From positions 47,332 through 111,331 of IMG/VR virus record IMGVR_UViG_2767802067_000002: DNA of 64,000 nt, one strand, 5' to 3'. The notes under the pieces are model-generated. The model was given only the letters and a program-made list of their open reading frames with translations. It searched no databases and was not told where the DNA came from. Source of the stretch: a virus. Its lineage: Duplodnaviria > Caudoviricetes. Below, piece by piece: positions 23,447-32,228 of this stretch (position 1 is its first letter; every line of letters starts with the position of its first letter). Position numbers and translations under genes: made by a program.

Positions 23447-24973
23447 TCAGGCGGCGATCAGGTCGAACAGGCCAAGCTGCTCCGAGCCGCTGGGGACGGC
23501 CGGGAGCGGTGCGCGCTCCGGCCGGGCCGGGGTGCGCGGGTTTGGCAGGGCCGGGCGGGGCTCCGGGTTGGCGGCTTCCTCGCGGAGCTCGCGGACCACG
23601 GTCGGCGCGAGGCCGTGCCGCGCGGCCTCGTCGTCAGTGGGCGCCCAGCCGGCCGGGCGGGGCGCGACCGGGTTGCGGATGCCCTCGACCTTGGCCCAGG
23701 CGGCGCGCATCCGGGCCTGCCGCTCCTCCCAGGTGAGGAGCTGGTCCAAGGCGTCGTGGAACGCCTGGCTGGTGGCGTCGCGGGCGGCGTCCTCCTCGCG
23801 GCGCTCGCGGTCCCGGCAGAGGGCTTCCTGGCCGCCGAAGAGCGGGACGAGCGGCATCAGCTCCTCGTACCAGGGGCGGCGGGGCTCCTTGTTGGCCTCC
23901 CAGCGCTTCCAGACCTCCACGGCGCGGCGGCCGTCGGCGGTGAGGGCGACCGGCCTGCAGCCCGCCGCGTCGGCCGGGGCGGTGGTCAGGAATCCGGCGC
24001 GGGTGAGCGGGAGGAGGCGGCGCAGGTCGAGGCGGCGGCCGGGGCGGCCGGGCGCGGACATGTGGCGCAGGACGTCGCCGGGGTCGATGCGGAGCTGGCC
24101 GCCTGCGGCGGTGAGCATCAGGTCAGCCTGCGTGCTGGTCCAGTTGAGCGCTTCGGCCTGGCGCCGCTCCATCCGCTCCCGGGCCTCCTGGATGACCGCG
24201 GCCTTGCGCCGGTCCTCCTCCTGGCCGCCGATGAGCGGCTGGAGCTCCGTCCGCTCCTTGATGGCCGGGTCGGGCCGCCAGCGCCTCCACAGCTGGAGTG
24301 CGTGCCGTCCGTCCTCGGTGGTGCTGATGCGCTTGCTGCCGGGGCCGTACGGCTCGGTGATGGCGAGGAACCCGGCGTCCACGAGCGGGGCGACGCGCTC
24401 GTCCTCGACGACCCGTCCGATCTCGCCGGGCACCGGGCAGTGCCGCAGGGCGCCCTGCTCGTCGCGGTCGTAGAGGAGCCGCACCGAGCCGGCCGCGTCC
24501 ATCAGGGCGGCCTGGCCGATCGACCAGTCCAGGGCGTACGCCTGACGGCGCTCGGCGATGGCCATCGCGGTGAGTCCGGCGTCCGGGTCCGGCTGCGCCT
24601 CCGGCTCGGCCGCGGCAGGCACCTCGGCGGTCGAAGCGGTCACCGGCTCGGCCTCGGCCGCTGGCGGGGTGTCTCGGATGCGGGAGCCGTAGTTCGCGAT
24701 GGTGGCGAACGGCCGGGGCTTGCCGTCGATGTAGCGCACCGAGACGCGGAACGAGAAGCCGTCCTCGTTGGCCAGCTTCTCGATCTCGTCGGCGTGCTCG
24801 GTGGCGACCTCGTCCGCGCGGCGGGTGAGGAGCAGGGCGAAGGTGCCGATGCGCTCGCCGTTGCGGTACTCGCCCGTGACGCGGAAGTCGCCGCCCTTGC
24901 CCTGGGTCAGGCCGAGGGAGCGCAGGACGCGGGCGAGGGCCACGGCCGGGGTCTTGGGAGGCTGGGGGGTCAT
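23447..24973 (-). CDS. hypothetical protein with an internal ~110-aa duplication (winged-helix-like)
   Basis: ERRQAxALxW...PLxxAGFL...TxDGRxAxxxWxRW occurs twice; ends EQLGLFDLIAA. Confidence 0.8.
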   Translation of the reverse strand: MTPQPPKTPAVALARVLRSLGLTQGKGGDFRVTGEYRNGERIGTFALLLTRRADEVATEHADEIEKLANEDGFSFRVSVRYIDGKPRPFATIANYGSRIRDTPPAAEAEPVTASTAEVPAAAEPEAQPDPDAGLTAMAIAERRQAYALDWSIGQAALMDAAGSVRLLYDRDEQGALRHCPVPGEIGRVVEDERVAPLVDAGFLAITEPYGPGSKRISTTEDGRHALQLWRRWRPDPAIKERTELQPLIGGQEEDRRKAAVIQEARERMERRQAEALNWTSTQADLMLTAAGGQLRIDPGDVLRHMSAPGRPGRRLDLRRLLPLTRAGFLTTAPADAAGCRPVALTADGRRAVEVWKRWEANKEPRRPWYEELMPLVPLFGGQEALCRDRERREEDAARDATSQAFHDALDQLLTWEERQARMRAAWAKVEGIRNPVAPRPAGWAPTDDEAARHGLAPTVVRELREEAANPEPRPALPNPRTPARPERAPLPAVPSGSEQLGLFDLIAA

Positions 24974-24990
24974 CTGGCTCCGTTCATGGT

Positions 24991-25037
24991 TAGTGGGTAG
25001 GCACTATGTCCAACGCTGGGGACACCCTGGGGTACCG
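24991..25037 (-). promoter_or_regulatory. A-type promoter/operator (CGGTAC-N16-CGTTGG)
   Basis: TAGTGGGTAGGCACTA at 24991-25006. Confidence 0.8.
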
Positions 25038-25063
25038 GGGAATCGCGGTGGATCGCGGGCCGC

Positions 25064-25268
25064 CCGGACACGGTGTCCGGACATGTCCGCCGGTGTCCGC
25101 CGGACATCTGCGGACACTGTCCGCGCTGCGCCCGTTTCCGCAGGTCAGGCGTGTCCGGACACTGTCCGGACAACCGGCGCCCGGGTGTCCGCCCGGGCGC
25201 CGGCCGCCCAGGCGTCAGCCCGAGGCGCGGACACTGTCCGGACGTCCGGCGTCCGCGTGTCCGGACAC
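25064..25268. repeat. TGTCC/GGACA cluster. Other clusters at ~27292-27331, 39966-40016, 41639-41872, 42374-42484, 53962-54174.
   Basis: Dense TGTCCGGACA and GGACAC(T/GG)GTCC in both orientations. Confidence 0.85.
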
Positions 25269-25787
25269 GTCGAAGAGGGCGAGCGGTCCGGTCGGCGGGA
25301 GCGGCTGGTCCTGCGGGGCGGGGCCCTCGACGTCCCACTCGATCCGGGCGTCCTTCCAGCCCATCTCGCGCATCTCGGCGAAGGAGAAGGCGGACCGCCA
25401 GCGCTGGCCGCCCATGTCCATCGTGAGCTTGCCGCAGGGCCACAGGTGGCAGTCGACGGCCTGGCCGCCGACCGGGTGGACGCGGAACCGGCGGGTGCCC
25501 TCGGGCAGCTCGGGCGCGACGCGCACCGGGGCGGGGCGGCGGATCTGGAACACCTCGCCGGCCGGGTAGGAGCGCGGGTCGCAGGTGTCGAAGGCGAGGA
25601 TCACCCAGCCCGGGTGCTCCGGGTCCGTGGTGGGGTCGGCGAGCAGGATCGACAGGGCGCCGGCGGCGGACACGGTGTCGCCCTTGCGCATGTCGGCGGC
25701 CGGGGTGCAGCGCTCGTCGGGGAAGTGCTCGCCGCGCGGGGCGATGCAGCGGGGGGTGCAGGGTCCGAGCGCGAGGTAGACGGTCAC
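25215..25787 (-). CDS. hypothetical protein (190 aa)
   Basis: GTG with AAGGAG RBS. Confidence 0.7.
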   Translation of the reverse strand: MTVYLALGPCTPRCIAPRGEHFPDERCTPAADMRKGDTVSAAGALSILLADPTTDPEHPGWVILAFDTCDPRSYPAGEVFQIRRPAPVRVAPELPEGTRRFRVHPVGGQAVDCHLWPCGKLTMDMGGQRWRSAFSFAEMREMGWKDARIEWDVEGPAPQDQPLPPTGPLALFDVSGHADAGRPDSVRASG

Positions 25788-25855
25788 GGCTGGTGGCTCC
25801 TTGCTGGTGGTGGTCCGGGCGCCCGGGCCGGCTGCCCGGGCGCCGCGAGGGGTGG

Positions 25856-26497
25856 TCAGGCGGACAGCACGGCCTCGGCGTGGCGGGCGGTCTCCTGGCT
25901 GTTCACGAGCCGGGCCCGGGTGGCGGCGGTGAGCGCCGCGTCCAGGTACAGGCCCTTGAGGACCCGGGTGTTCAGGCCCTCGGTCGCCGCGTACCGGTGG
26001 GCCATGGCCATCCGTCCGGCCGTCGAGATCCACACCCGGTCGCTGTACGGCTGCTCGGCCAGCCAGCCGCGCTGGAGCAGGATCTCCGTCTGGACGCGCG
26101 GGATCGCGCAGAGGCCGGCGAGGATCTGCACCGGGTGCCCGTGCCCGTCGCGGACGACCCGGGCGCGGTGCTCGCTGCGGGCGATGATCTCCAGATCCTC
26201 GGCCTGGCGGCCGGTCAGCTTCCGGGCGTGCGCGACGACGTCCAGGCGCACGAAGCTGCCGGGGCGGCGCTCGCTGTGGATCGTCAGGGCACCGGTCACG
26301 TCCGGGACGATCCGCTGGCCGCGGTTGCGGGCGATGTCCACCCGCAGGTCCGTCTCCCGGCCGGTCAGGTAGCCGAAGTCGTAGCTGCCGCTGGCGGTGA
26401 ACGGCGACTCCTTGAACGCCGCTCCGGTGAACCCGGTCGGGGCGTACGAGCGCGGGGTGAGGATGTGGGTCCGCTTGAACCTCGTGTTGGGGTGCAT
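25856..26497 (-). CDS. hypothetical protein (213 aa)
   Basis: MHPNTRF start with AGGAG RBS. Confidence 0.75.
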   Translation of the reverse strand: MHPNTRFKRTHILTPRSYAPTGFTGAAFKESPFTASGSYDFGYLTGRETDLRVDIARNRGQRIVPDVTGALTIHSERRPGSFVRLDVVAHARKLTGRQAEDLEIIARSEHRARVVRDGHGHPVQILAGLCAIPRVQTEILLQRGWLAEQPYSDRVWISTAGRMAMAHRYAATEGLNTRVLKGLYLDAALTAATRARLVNSQETARHAEAVLSA

Positions 26498-26514
26498 GGT
26501 GGTCGGTCTCCTGT

Positions 26515-27204
26515 TCAGCGGCTGGTGTAGGGCTTGAGGGCCCTGTCGGCGGTCTTCGTGAGGTGGGCGGCGGTGCGCTGGCCGGGCAGGGCGCCGGAGA
26601 CCCGCAGGACGTCGGCGATCCGGTCGGCGGGGACGATGCGCACGCCGTCGACGGTGAGCTCGCGCACGGCCTGGCCGTTCGCGCCGACGAGCGGCGCGCC
26701 GTCCATCACCGCGATCGGCGTGACCGGGACGCCGAGGACGCCGGCGACCGCGCGGGCCTCGTGGCGCAGGCCGTCGAGTCGGCCGGTGACGTCGCGGTCG
26801 CCGTGGAACAGGCGTCCGCCGCTCACGGTCACCGGGTAGTGCCTCGACCAGCGCTTGGCGTCCGGGAGGAACACCCGGCCGGTCGGGCTGATGGCCAGGC
26901 AGTCGACGTTCGCCCGGCCAGTGGGCAGCGCGCGGTCGAAGCGCAGCGTCCACTTATCGCGGATGAGCGGGGCGAGGCGGTCGGCAACGCGGCGTTCGCC
27001 TTCGGCTCCGGCCGCCCAGCGGGCGGCCTGCTTCCCGGCGTCGGTCTGGATGCCGAGTGCGGCGGCCAGGCGCACGCGCAGGGTCCGCAGCTCGCGGGCG
27101 CGGGCGGCGGCGGAGGCTCCGGCACCGGTCCCGCCGCTCTGGCCGTACCGGTGCCAGGCCCAGACCGCCGCGGCGATCAGGGCGAGCACGAGCAGTCCTG
27201 ACAT
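26515..27204 (-). CDS. NERD-domain (PD-(D/E)XK-like) protein with N-terminal TM helix
   Basis: GAEGERRVA...ANVDCLAISPTGRVFLPDAKRW. Confidence 0.82.
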   Translation of the reverse strand: MSGLLVLALIAAAVWAWHRYGQSGGTGAGASAAARARELRTLRVRLAAALGIQTDAGKQAARWAAGAEGERRVADRLAPLIRDKWTLRFDRALPTGRANVDCLAISPTGRVFLPDAKRWSRHYPVTVSGGRLFHGDRDVTGRLDGLRHEARAVAGVLGVPVTPIAVMDGAPLVGANGQAVRELTVDGVRIVPADRIADVLRVSGALPGQRTAAHLTKTADRALKPYTSR

Positions 27205-27336
27205 GGGCGTCTTCCTCTTTTCGGGGGTCGGCTGAGGGGCCCTGGCCGGGCCCCTCACCGGGGTGGGTGGTCAGGTGGGTTGTCCGTGGGTTGTCCGGGA
27301 CGCGGGGCGGACACTGTCCGCCCCGTGTCCGGGCGG

Positions 27337-27699
27337 TCAGTTGCGGTCGGGGTCCTCGCCGCCGTGGGCCTCGATCAGGGCGCGGACCGCGTCGACCGGG
27401 ACGGTGAGGAACAGGCGGCCGTCGATCTTCGCGGTGATGTGCGCGGCGACCAGCACCGCCGTGTCGACCTCCGTGCGCCAGTCGGCGCCGGCCGGGGCGT
27501 CCAGGCCCGGGAAGAGGTAGACCTCCAGGCTGGTGAACGGGCCCGCGTAGTCGTCGGGCACGCCGTTCTCGCCGGGGGCGGGCTCGCAGGCCGCGCGCGG
27601 ACCGGCGGCGAGGGACAGGCTGTTGCCGTCCGCGAGGCGGATCGTGCGGGCGCCGTAGCCGGTGCCCTGGGCGGCGGTCAGGTTGAGGAGCTGGGTCAT
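27337..27699 (-). CDS. hypothetical protein (120 aa)
   Basis: GGAG RBS. Confidence 0.72.
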   Translation of the reverse strand: MTQLLNLTAAQGTGYGARTIRLADGNSLSLAAGPRAACEPAPGENGVPDDYAGPFTSLEVYLFPGLDAPAGADWRTEVDTAVLVAAHITAKIDGRLFLTVPVDAVRALIEAHGGEDPDRN

Positions 27700-27733
27700 C
27701 GCGGGGGTCTCCGTTCTGCGGGGTGAGGGCAAG

Positions 27734-28342
27734 TCAGCGGGCGGCGACGGTGACCGCGTTGATGAAGGCGGGCGCGAGGCGGTCGACGAACTGGGCGGCC
27801 TGCTCGCGGACGTGCGCGCGAGCGGCGAGGCGGGCGGCCTGCTGGTCGCCGCGCTCGTCGACGTGGCCGCAGGTGCAGCGGGCGGCGGTCTTGACGGCCT
27901 CGGCGTAGTGGGCGGCGGCGACCAGGCCGAGGCCGCCCGCGAGGGTCAGGCGGACCTTGCGGTGCGCGCCGTACTCGGCGACCAGGCCGCGGGCCAGCAG
28001 GCGGGCGGTCGCGCCGGGCGCGATGGAGTTCATGAACGTGTGGATCGCCTCGCCGCTCGCGCCGCTCTCGATCCAGGCGTCGCCGGTGGCGACGATCGCG
28101 AGGTAGGGCAGGACCGTGGCGTCCAGCGGTTCGGGGGTCGCGGCCGGGGTGAGCTCGATCGAGCGGATCGCGACCGCGCCGCCGCCCGCCGGGCGGGACC
28201 AGGTGATCCGGGCGCCGCCCTCCGGGGTGGCCTCGATCGCGGCGTCCTGCTGGCGGGCGCGCCGCAGCAGCATCAGGGCGTGGGCCTCGGCGGCGATGCC
28301 GGGGGTGGAGCCTCCTGCGTGGGTGACGACCTCGACGAACAT
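27734..28342 (-). CDS. hypothetical protein (202 aa)
   Basis: AGGAG RBS; C-terminal CxC...H motif. Confidence 0.75.
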   Translation of the reverse strand: MFVEVVTHAGGSTPGIAAEAHALMLLRRARQQDAAIEATPEGGARITWSRPAGGGAVAIRSIELTPAATPEPLDATVLPYLAIVATGDAWIESGASGEAIHTFMNSIAPGATARLLARGLVAEYGAHRKVRLTLAGGLGLVAAAHYAEAVKTAARCTCGHVDERGDQQAARLAARAHVREQAAQFVDRLAPAFINAVTVAAR

Positions 28343-28420
28343 GGCGTTCTCCTGTCCTGGTGGGGGTGGCCGGCCGGGCGGGATTCCCGCCCCGCCCGGC
28401 GGCCGGGGGGTTGGTGGGGG

Positions 28421-28840
28421 TCAGGCCGCGATGCCCAGGGCGATCGGGGCGCTCTGCTCGGCGGTGGCCCGCACGGTCAGGGCGATCACCGCGATGCGGT
28501 GCTTGCACATGTGCTGGCCGCGCAGCCCGGCCTTGCAGGTGCAGGCGGCGCGCGCGGTGCGGTAGGTCTGGCTGCCGTCCTCGCTGACCACGAGGAAGAC
28601 CTCGTTCTTGCCGCTCTTGCGGAGCGGCTGGACCGCGCCCTGCTCCAACATCTCGACGGCCTTCTCGACGAGGGCCGGCTTGAAGGCGGCCATCGCGGGC
28701 GCCTTGGTGGCCTTGCGGACCCGGCCCCTGCACTTGGGGCCGAGCCCGTCCGGGCTCGCGTTGCGCAGGATCCGGTGGCACTTGATGCAGCGCTGCTGCT
28801 CGGGCTGGGCGGGGGCCTTGGTGGTCGCGGTGCTGGCCAT
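28421..28840 (-). CDS. Zn-finger protein (CxxC..GxGPxC domain plus SWIM-like finger)
   Basis: CIKCHRIL...GLGPKC; CTCKAG...CKH. Confidence 0.78.
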   Translation of the reverse strand: MASTATTKAPAQPEQQRCIKCHRILRNASPDGLGPKCRGRVRKATKAPAMAAFKPALVEKAVEMLEQGAVQPLRKSGKNEVFLVVSEDGSQTYRTARAACTCKAGLRGQHMCKHRIAVIALTVRATAEQSAPIALGIAA

Positions 28841-28881
28841 GTGGGGGCCCTCGCTCTCTTGGGGTGGGGTGGCGTGTGGTT

Positions 28882-28951
28882 CTATTCACATCATTTCCGG
28901 AAGTCGATTTGACTAACCCAGTTTTCCCAAGTTGGTTTGGCAAAGAGTTGG
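28882..28951 (-). promoter_or_regulatory. B-type element
   Basis: Boxes at 28900, 28913, 28928; GAAATGAT. Confidence 0.75.
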
Positions 28952-29048
28952 CAAAGGCTCTCCGGGTCGGGCATGACGGAGCCCCGCCCCCGGGGTCGGG
29001 GACGGGGCTCCGTCGGCCGCCGCACGGCGGCCGGTGGCTGGCGCGCGG

Positions 29049-29429
29049 TCAGGCGAGCGCGGCGGCCAGGGCGGCCTCGTCCTCGCAGCCGAAGATCGGG
29101 CGGACCACGCACGTCCCGTCGCAGTAGTCGGTCTCGCCCAGGCCCACGTCCGGGTTGTCGTCGTGGCCCTCGCACTCCTCCCAGTCGCCGCGGGCGGTGC
29201 TCATGACCCGCACGGTGACGCCTCGGACGTCGAGCACACCGACGCCCTCGATGTCGGCGCGGGAGCGGAGGTCGCCGACCTCGTGGACCATCTCGCGGTC
29301 CTCGCCGTCGCCGATGGGCTGGCCAGCGGCACGGGCGACGGCCCAGACCAGATTGCGGAGCTCGCCGCCGTCCTTCGCGGTGAAGGTGCGGCTGATCAGG
29401 GCGGGGTGGCTGACGCGGATCTCGTACAT
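29049..29429 (-). CDS. hypothetical protein (126 aa)
   Basis: AGGAGG RBS; ECEGH...YCDGTC motif. Confidence 0.75.
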   Translation of the reverse strand: MYEIRVSHPALISRTFTAKDGGELRNLVWAVARAAGQPIGDGEDREMVHEVGDLRSRADIEGVGVLDVRGVTVRVMSTARGDWEECEGHDDNPDVGLGETDYCDGTCVVRPIFGCEDEAALAAALA

Positions 29430-29497
29430 GGGGGTTCCTCCTGGTGGGATGGGGCGGGCCGCCGGGCGGGCGCCCGGCGGCCGGTGGGCGGGGCCGG

Positions 29498-30994
29498 TCA
29501 GGCGCGGGTGCTGGCGCCGGTGAAGGCGCGGATCCAGGCGTCGACCTCGCGGGCGATGCGCTCGGCGTCGGCGCGGGCGTCGAGGTGGCCGGAGAAGTTC
29601 GGGCCGATCTCGGTGACGTAGTCGCCGTCGGCGCCGTGGAGGTGAGCGGACCAGGGCTCGTCGTGCTCGGCGGTGGGTCGGTCGGCCTGCTCGCCGGCGT
29701 AGATCAGGATGTGCGGGCCGCCGAGCGCGTCGCCGTGGTCGTCAACCTGCCGGTCCAGGGCGACGACCAGATGGGTCATGCCGGTGCCCTCGTCGTTGAG
29801 CCAGCAGCGCCGGTCGAGCTTGGCGAGCTCGGCGATGACCAGGTCGCCTTCGGTCGGCGCGGCGGCGCGCTGGGCGGTGACGAAGAAGCCGTCCGAGTGG
29901 GCGGTCCAGCCCGCGGCGGTGAACTTGGCGGCCATCGCGGTCAGGCGCATGCCTCCGGTGGCACCGCGCCGGACGTTGGCGAGCTGGCCGGCCTCCATCC
30001 AGAACCCACGGACCTCGCCTTCGGCGCGGGGCTCGACGAAGAAGCCATGGACGTCCGGCCCGGCATCCTCGGGGTCGAAGTCGTCGTCGAGCCGGGCGGG
30101 GGGCATGGGCAGGAGCGCGGCGCGGGCGGCGACCACGTCGGGGTGGGTGTCGTGGCGCGGGTAGGTGCCGAGCGCGGCCGGGGCCGGCTGCGGCTGCTGG
30201 AACGCGAGCTGCCAGTGGTTCGGGGCGAGCGGGATGTCGACCTTGGCCATGCTCGGCTCCACCCGGTTGGCGAAGGCGTCGGCGAGCGCGTCGAGAACGG
30301 ATTCGCCGCGCCGCCCGCCGGCCGGGGTCCAGTGCGGTTCGGGCATCGGCGAGGCGGTCAGGGCGGGCAGGTGGGCCAGCGCCGGGTGCGCGGCCGGGGC
30401 CTGGGCGGTGACGTCGCGGACCGCGCTGGCGGTGAGGCCGTAGCTGGCGGCGTGCTGGACGGCCAGGTCGCGGCTGTGGAAGCTCGGCCAGTGCTCCTCG
30501 GAGCCGACCATGGCCAGGTATCGGCCGCGGGTGGTGGTCCCCTCGTCGGGGTCGGCCGGGGCGGGCAGGTGGCGGGCGTCGATCGGGAAGCCGTACTGAC
30601 CGGCGAGTTCGGTCGCGCGGCCCAGGCTCCGGCCGTATCGCTCGGCGTCGATCGGGCCGGCCGGGAGGTTCAGGTCGCCGCGCTCCTGGGTGATGGCGAC
30701 CGGCCGGTTCCCGATCAGGACGCCGATGACGCCCTCGCTGGGGATGACCAGGACGTCGCGGTCGCTGATGTCGGTGCGCCGCTCGATGTCGGCGCGCATC
30801 TCCTTGCTGCTGCCGAAGAAGTGGGTGTTCGGCATGTCCGCGTACGCGGCGTCGATCTCGGCCTCGGCTTCGGCCAGGGCGCGCTCGGCGTCGACCTCGG
30901 CGACGGTCTCGCCGAAGAGGAGGGCGGCCTTCGCGAGCGGGGAGTGCGCGGCCAGGTACTCGGCGTAGCTCGCGCGGTCGGTGCGGTCGGTCAC
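29498..30994 (-). CDS. hypothetical multi-domain protein (498 aa)
   Basis: GAGAGG RBS; first gene of the cassette array, behind a B-type element. Confidence 0.78.
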   Translation of the reverse strand: MTDRTDRASYAEYLAAHSPLAKAALLFGETVAEVDAERALAEAEAEIDAAYADMPNTHFFGSSKEMRADIERRTDISDRDVLVIPSEGVIGVLIGNRPVAITQERGDLNLPAGPIDAERYGRSLGRATELAGQYGFPIDARHLPAPADPDEGTTTRGRYLAMVGSEEHWPSFHSRDLAVQHAASYGLTASAVRDVTAQAPAAHPALAHLPALTASPMPEPHWTPAGGRRGESVLDALADAFANRVEPSMAKVDIPLAPNHWQLAFQQPQPAPAALGTYPRHDTHPDVVAARAALLPMPPARLDDDFDPEDAGPDVHGFFVEPRAEGEVRGFWMEAGQLANVRRGATGGMRLTAMAAKFTAAGWTAHSDGFFVTAQRAAAPTEGDLVIAELAKLDRRCWLNDEGTGMTHLVVALDRQVDDHGDALGGPHILIYAGEQADRPTAEHDEPWSAHLHGADGDYVTEIGPNFSGHLDARADAERIAREVDAWIRAFTGASTRA

Positions 30995-31026
30995 TGGGGG
31001 CCTCTCGGTGGGGTGGTGTGGAGTGG

Positions 31027-31146
31027 TACACCTCCATCATTTCCTCAAATCCATTTGGCTAACCCAGGTTTCCCAAGTTAATTTTCCGAACTTCTCTCGA
31101 ACCTGCATCCCAAAGCGGGTTTGCCCAAGCCGGTTCGTGGCACACT
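31027..31146. promoter_or_regulatory. Divergent control region with about five B-type boxes
   Basis: CAAATCCATTTG at 31046, plus boxes at 31059, 31074, 31111, 31126. Confidence 0.7.
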
Positions 31147-31152
31147 CCAGGC

Positions 31153-31683
31153 ATGCCGACCGATCACGCCACCACCGCCCCGCCGTACGAGCCCAGCGCC
31201 GCCCTGACCGGCGCGCTCAAGGCGTGGCACGACTCCGTCGAGGAGGAGGAGCGGCTTCGCCATGCCGCCCGCAAGGCCGTCGCCGACGACCTCCGCGAGT
31301 ACCGCATCCCCGTGGCCGAGATCGCCGAGCACGTCCCGTGGACCACCGCGACGATCCACGGCATCACCAACGAGTACGGCGTCGGCGACCTCATCCGCAG
31401 CAACGCCCCTGGCCACGCCGACCGCCCGAAGTACAAGCCCAGCCCCGCGCTGGCCGCCGCGCTCAAGGCGTGGGCTCAGTCCGTCACGGACGAGGAGATC
31501 GCGCGCAAGACCGCCCGCGAGGCCGTCGCCGACGACCTCAAGGCGTCGATGATCTCCAACTCGGAGATGGCCGAGCACGTCCCGTGGACCGAGGAGACCG
31601 TGCGCGTCATCGCCAAGGAGTACGGCGTCCCGGGCGGGCGCCGCCGCAAGACGCGGACGCTGCGCTCCAAGCTCGCCGGCTGA
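31153..31683 (+). CDS. tandem-duplicated HTH regulator (176 aa)
   Basis: Two repeats YxPSxALxxALKAW...AVADDL...ExAEHVPWT.....I..EYGV; CACACT -10 lies 6 nt before ATG. Confidence 0.8.
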   Translation: MPTDHATTAPPYEPSAALTGALKAWHDSVEEEERLRHAARKAVADDLREYRIPVAEIAEHVPWTTATIHGITNEYGVGDLIRSNAPGHADRPKYKPSPALAAALKAWAQSVTDEEIARKTAREAVADDLKASMISNSEMAEHVPWTEETVRVIAKEYGVPGGRRRKTRTLRSKLAG

Positions 31684-31695
31684 CCCCGGGCAGCA

Positions 31696-31736
31696 CGAAG
31701 GGCCGTACCCCTAACCGTTAGGGGTGCGGCCCTTCG
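31696..31736. terminator. bidirectional hairpin between convergent genes
   Basis: CGAAGGGCCGTACCCCTAAC-C-GTTAGGGGTGCGGCCCTTCG. Confidence 0.75.
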
Positions 31737-31758
31737 TCGCGACCGGCGCGGCCCGCGG

Positions 31759-31998
31759 TCAGCCGAAGACGTGGTGCCAGACCCAGGAGGCGGCGAGGAG
31801 CGCGACGACCGCGAGGACGGCCTTCCACTCCTGGGAGGTCTGCGGGAGGAACGGCTCGTTCGCGACCAGGCACTCGCCGTCCGGGAAGTCGCCGCCGTGG
31901 GCGCGGGCCCGGTGCTCGGCGCCGTGCTCCCGGGCTCCGGCGGCCGTCAGGAACGCGCGTGACGTGAGACCGCACTTCTCGCAGCGGTAGGCCGGCAT
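31759..31998 (-). CDS. small C2H2-type Zn finger plus TM protein (79 aa)
   Basis: YRCEKC...HGAEH; C-terminal hydrophobic helix. Confidence 0.7.
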   Translation of the reverse strand: MPAYRCEKCGLTSRAFLTAAGAREHGAEHRARAHGGDFPDGECLVANEPFLPQTSQEWKAVLAVVALLAASWVWHHVFG

Positions 31999-32228
31999 TG
32001 CTGCTCCCCCCTTCTCCGGGGCGTGATCACTCCGTGTGACTCCACGATAGCGCGCTGCGCAAGAGGGAAGGGGCGCTCTGGCCGCGAGAGCTGAGGCCGG
32101 AGCGCCCCTTCCGGGGTGGTCGCCGGGGTGGTCGCCGGGCAACCGGAGGCGGTTGATGCCGTCAACCGGCAACGGTAGATGCGCAGGTCAGGGGCCATGG
32201 TCGATGGGGCAACCGGGTCCGATCGGGC

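Noticed and set aside
4761-31146. CRISPR array or integron
   Set aside because: Repeats are separated by whole genes, not spacers. No cas genes, no attC R-box pattern and no integron integrase were recognised.
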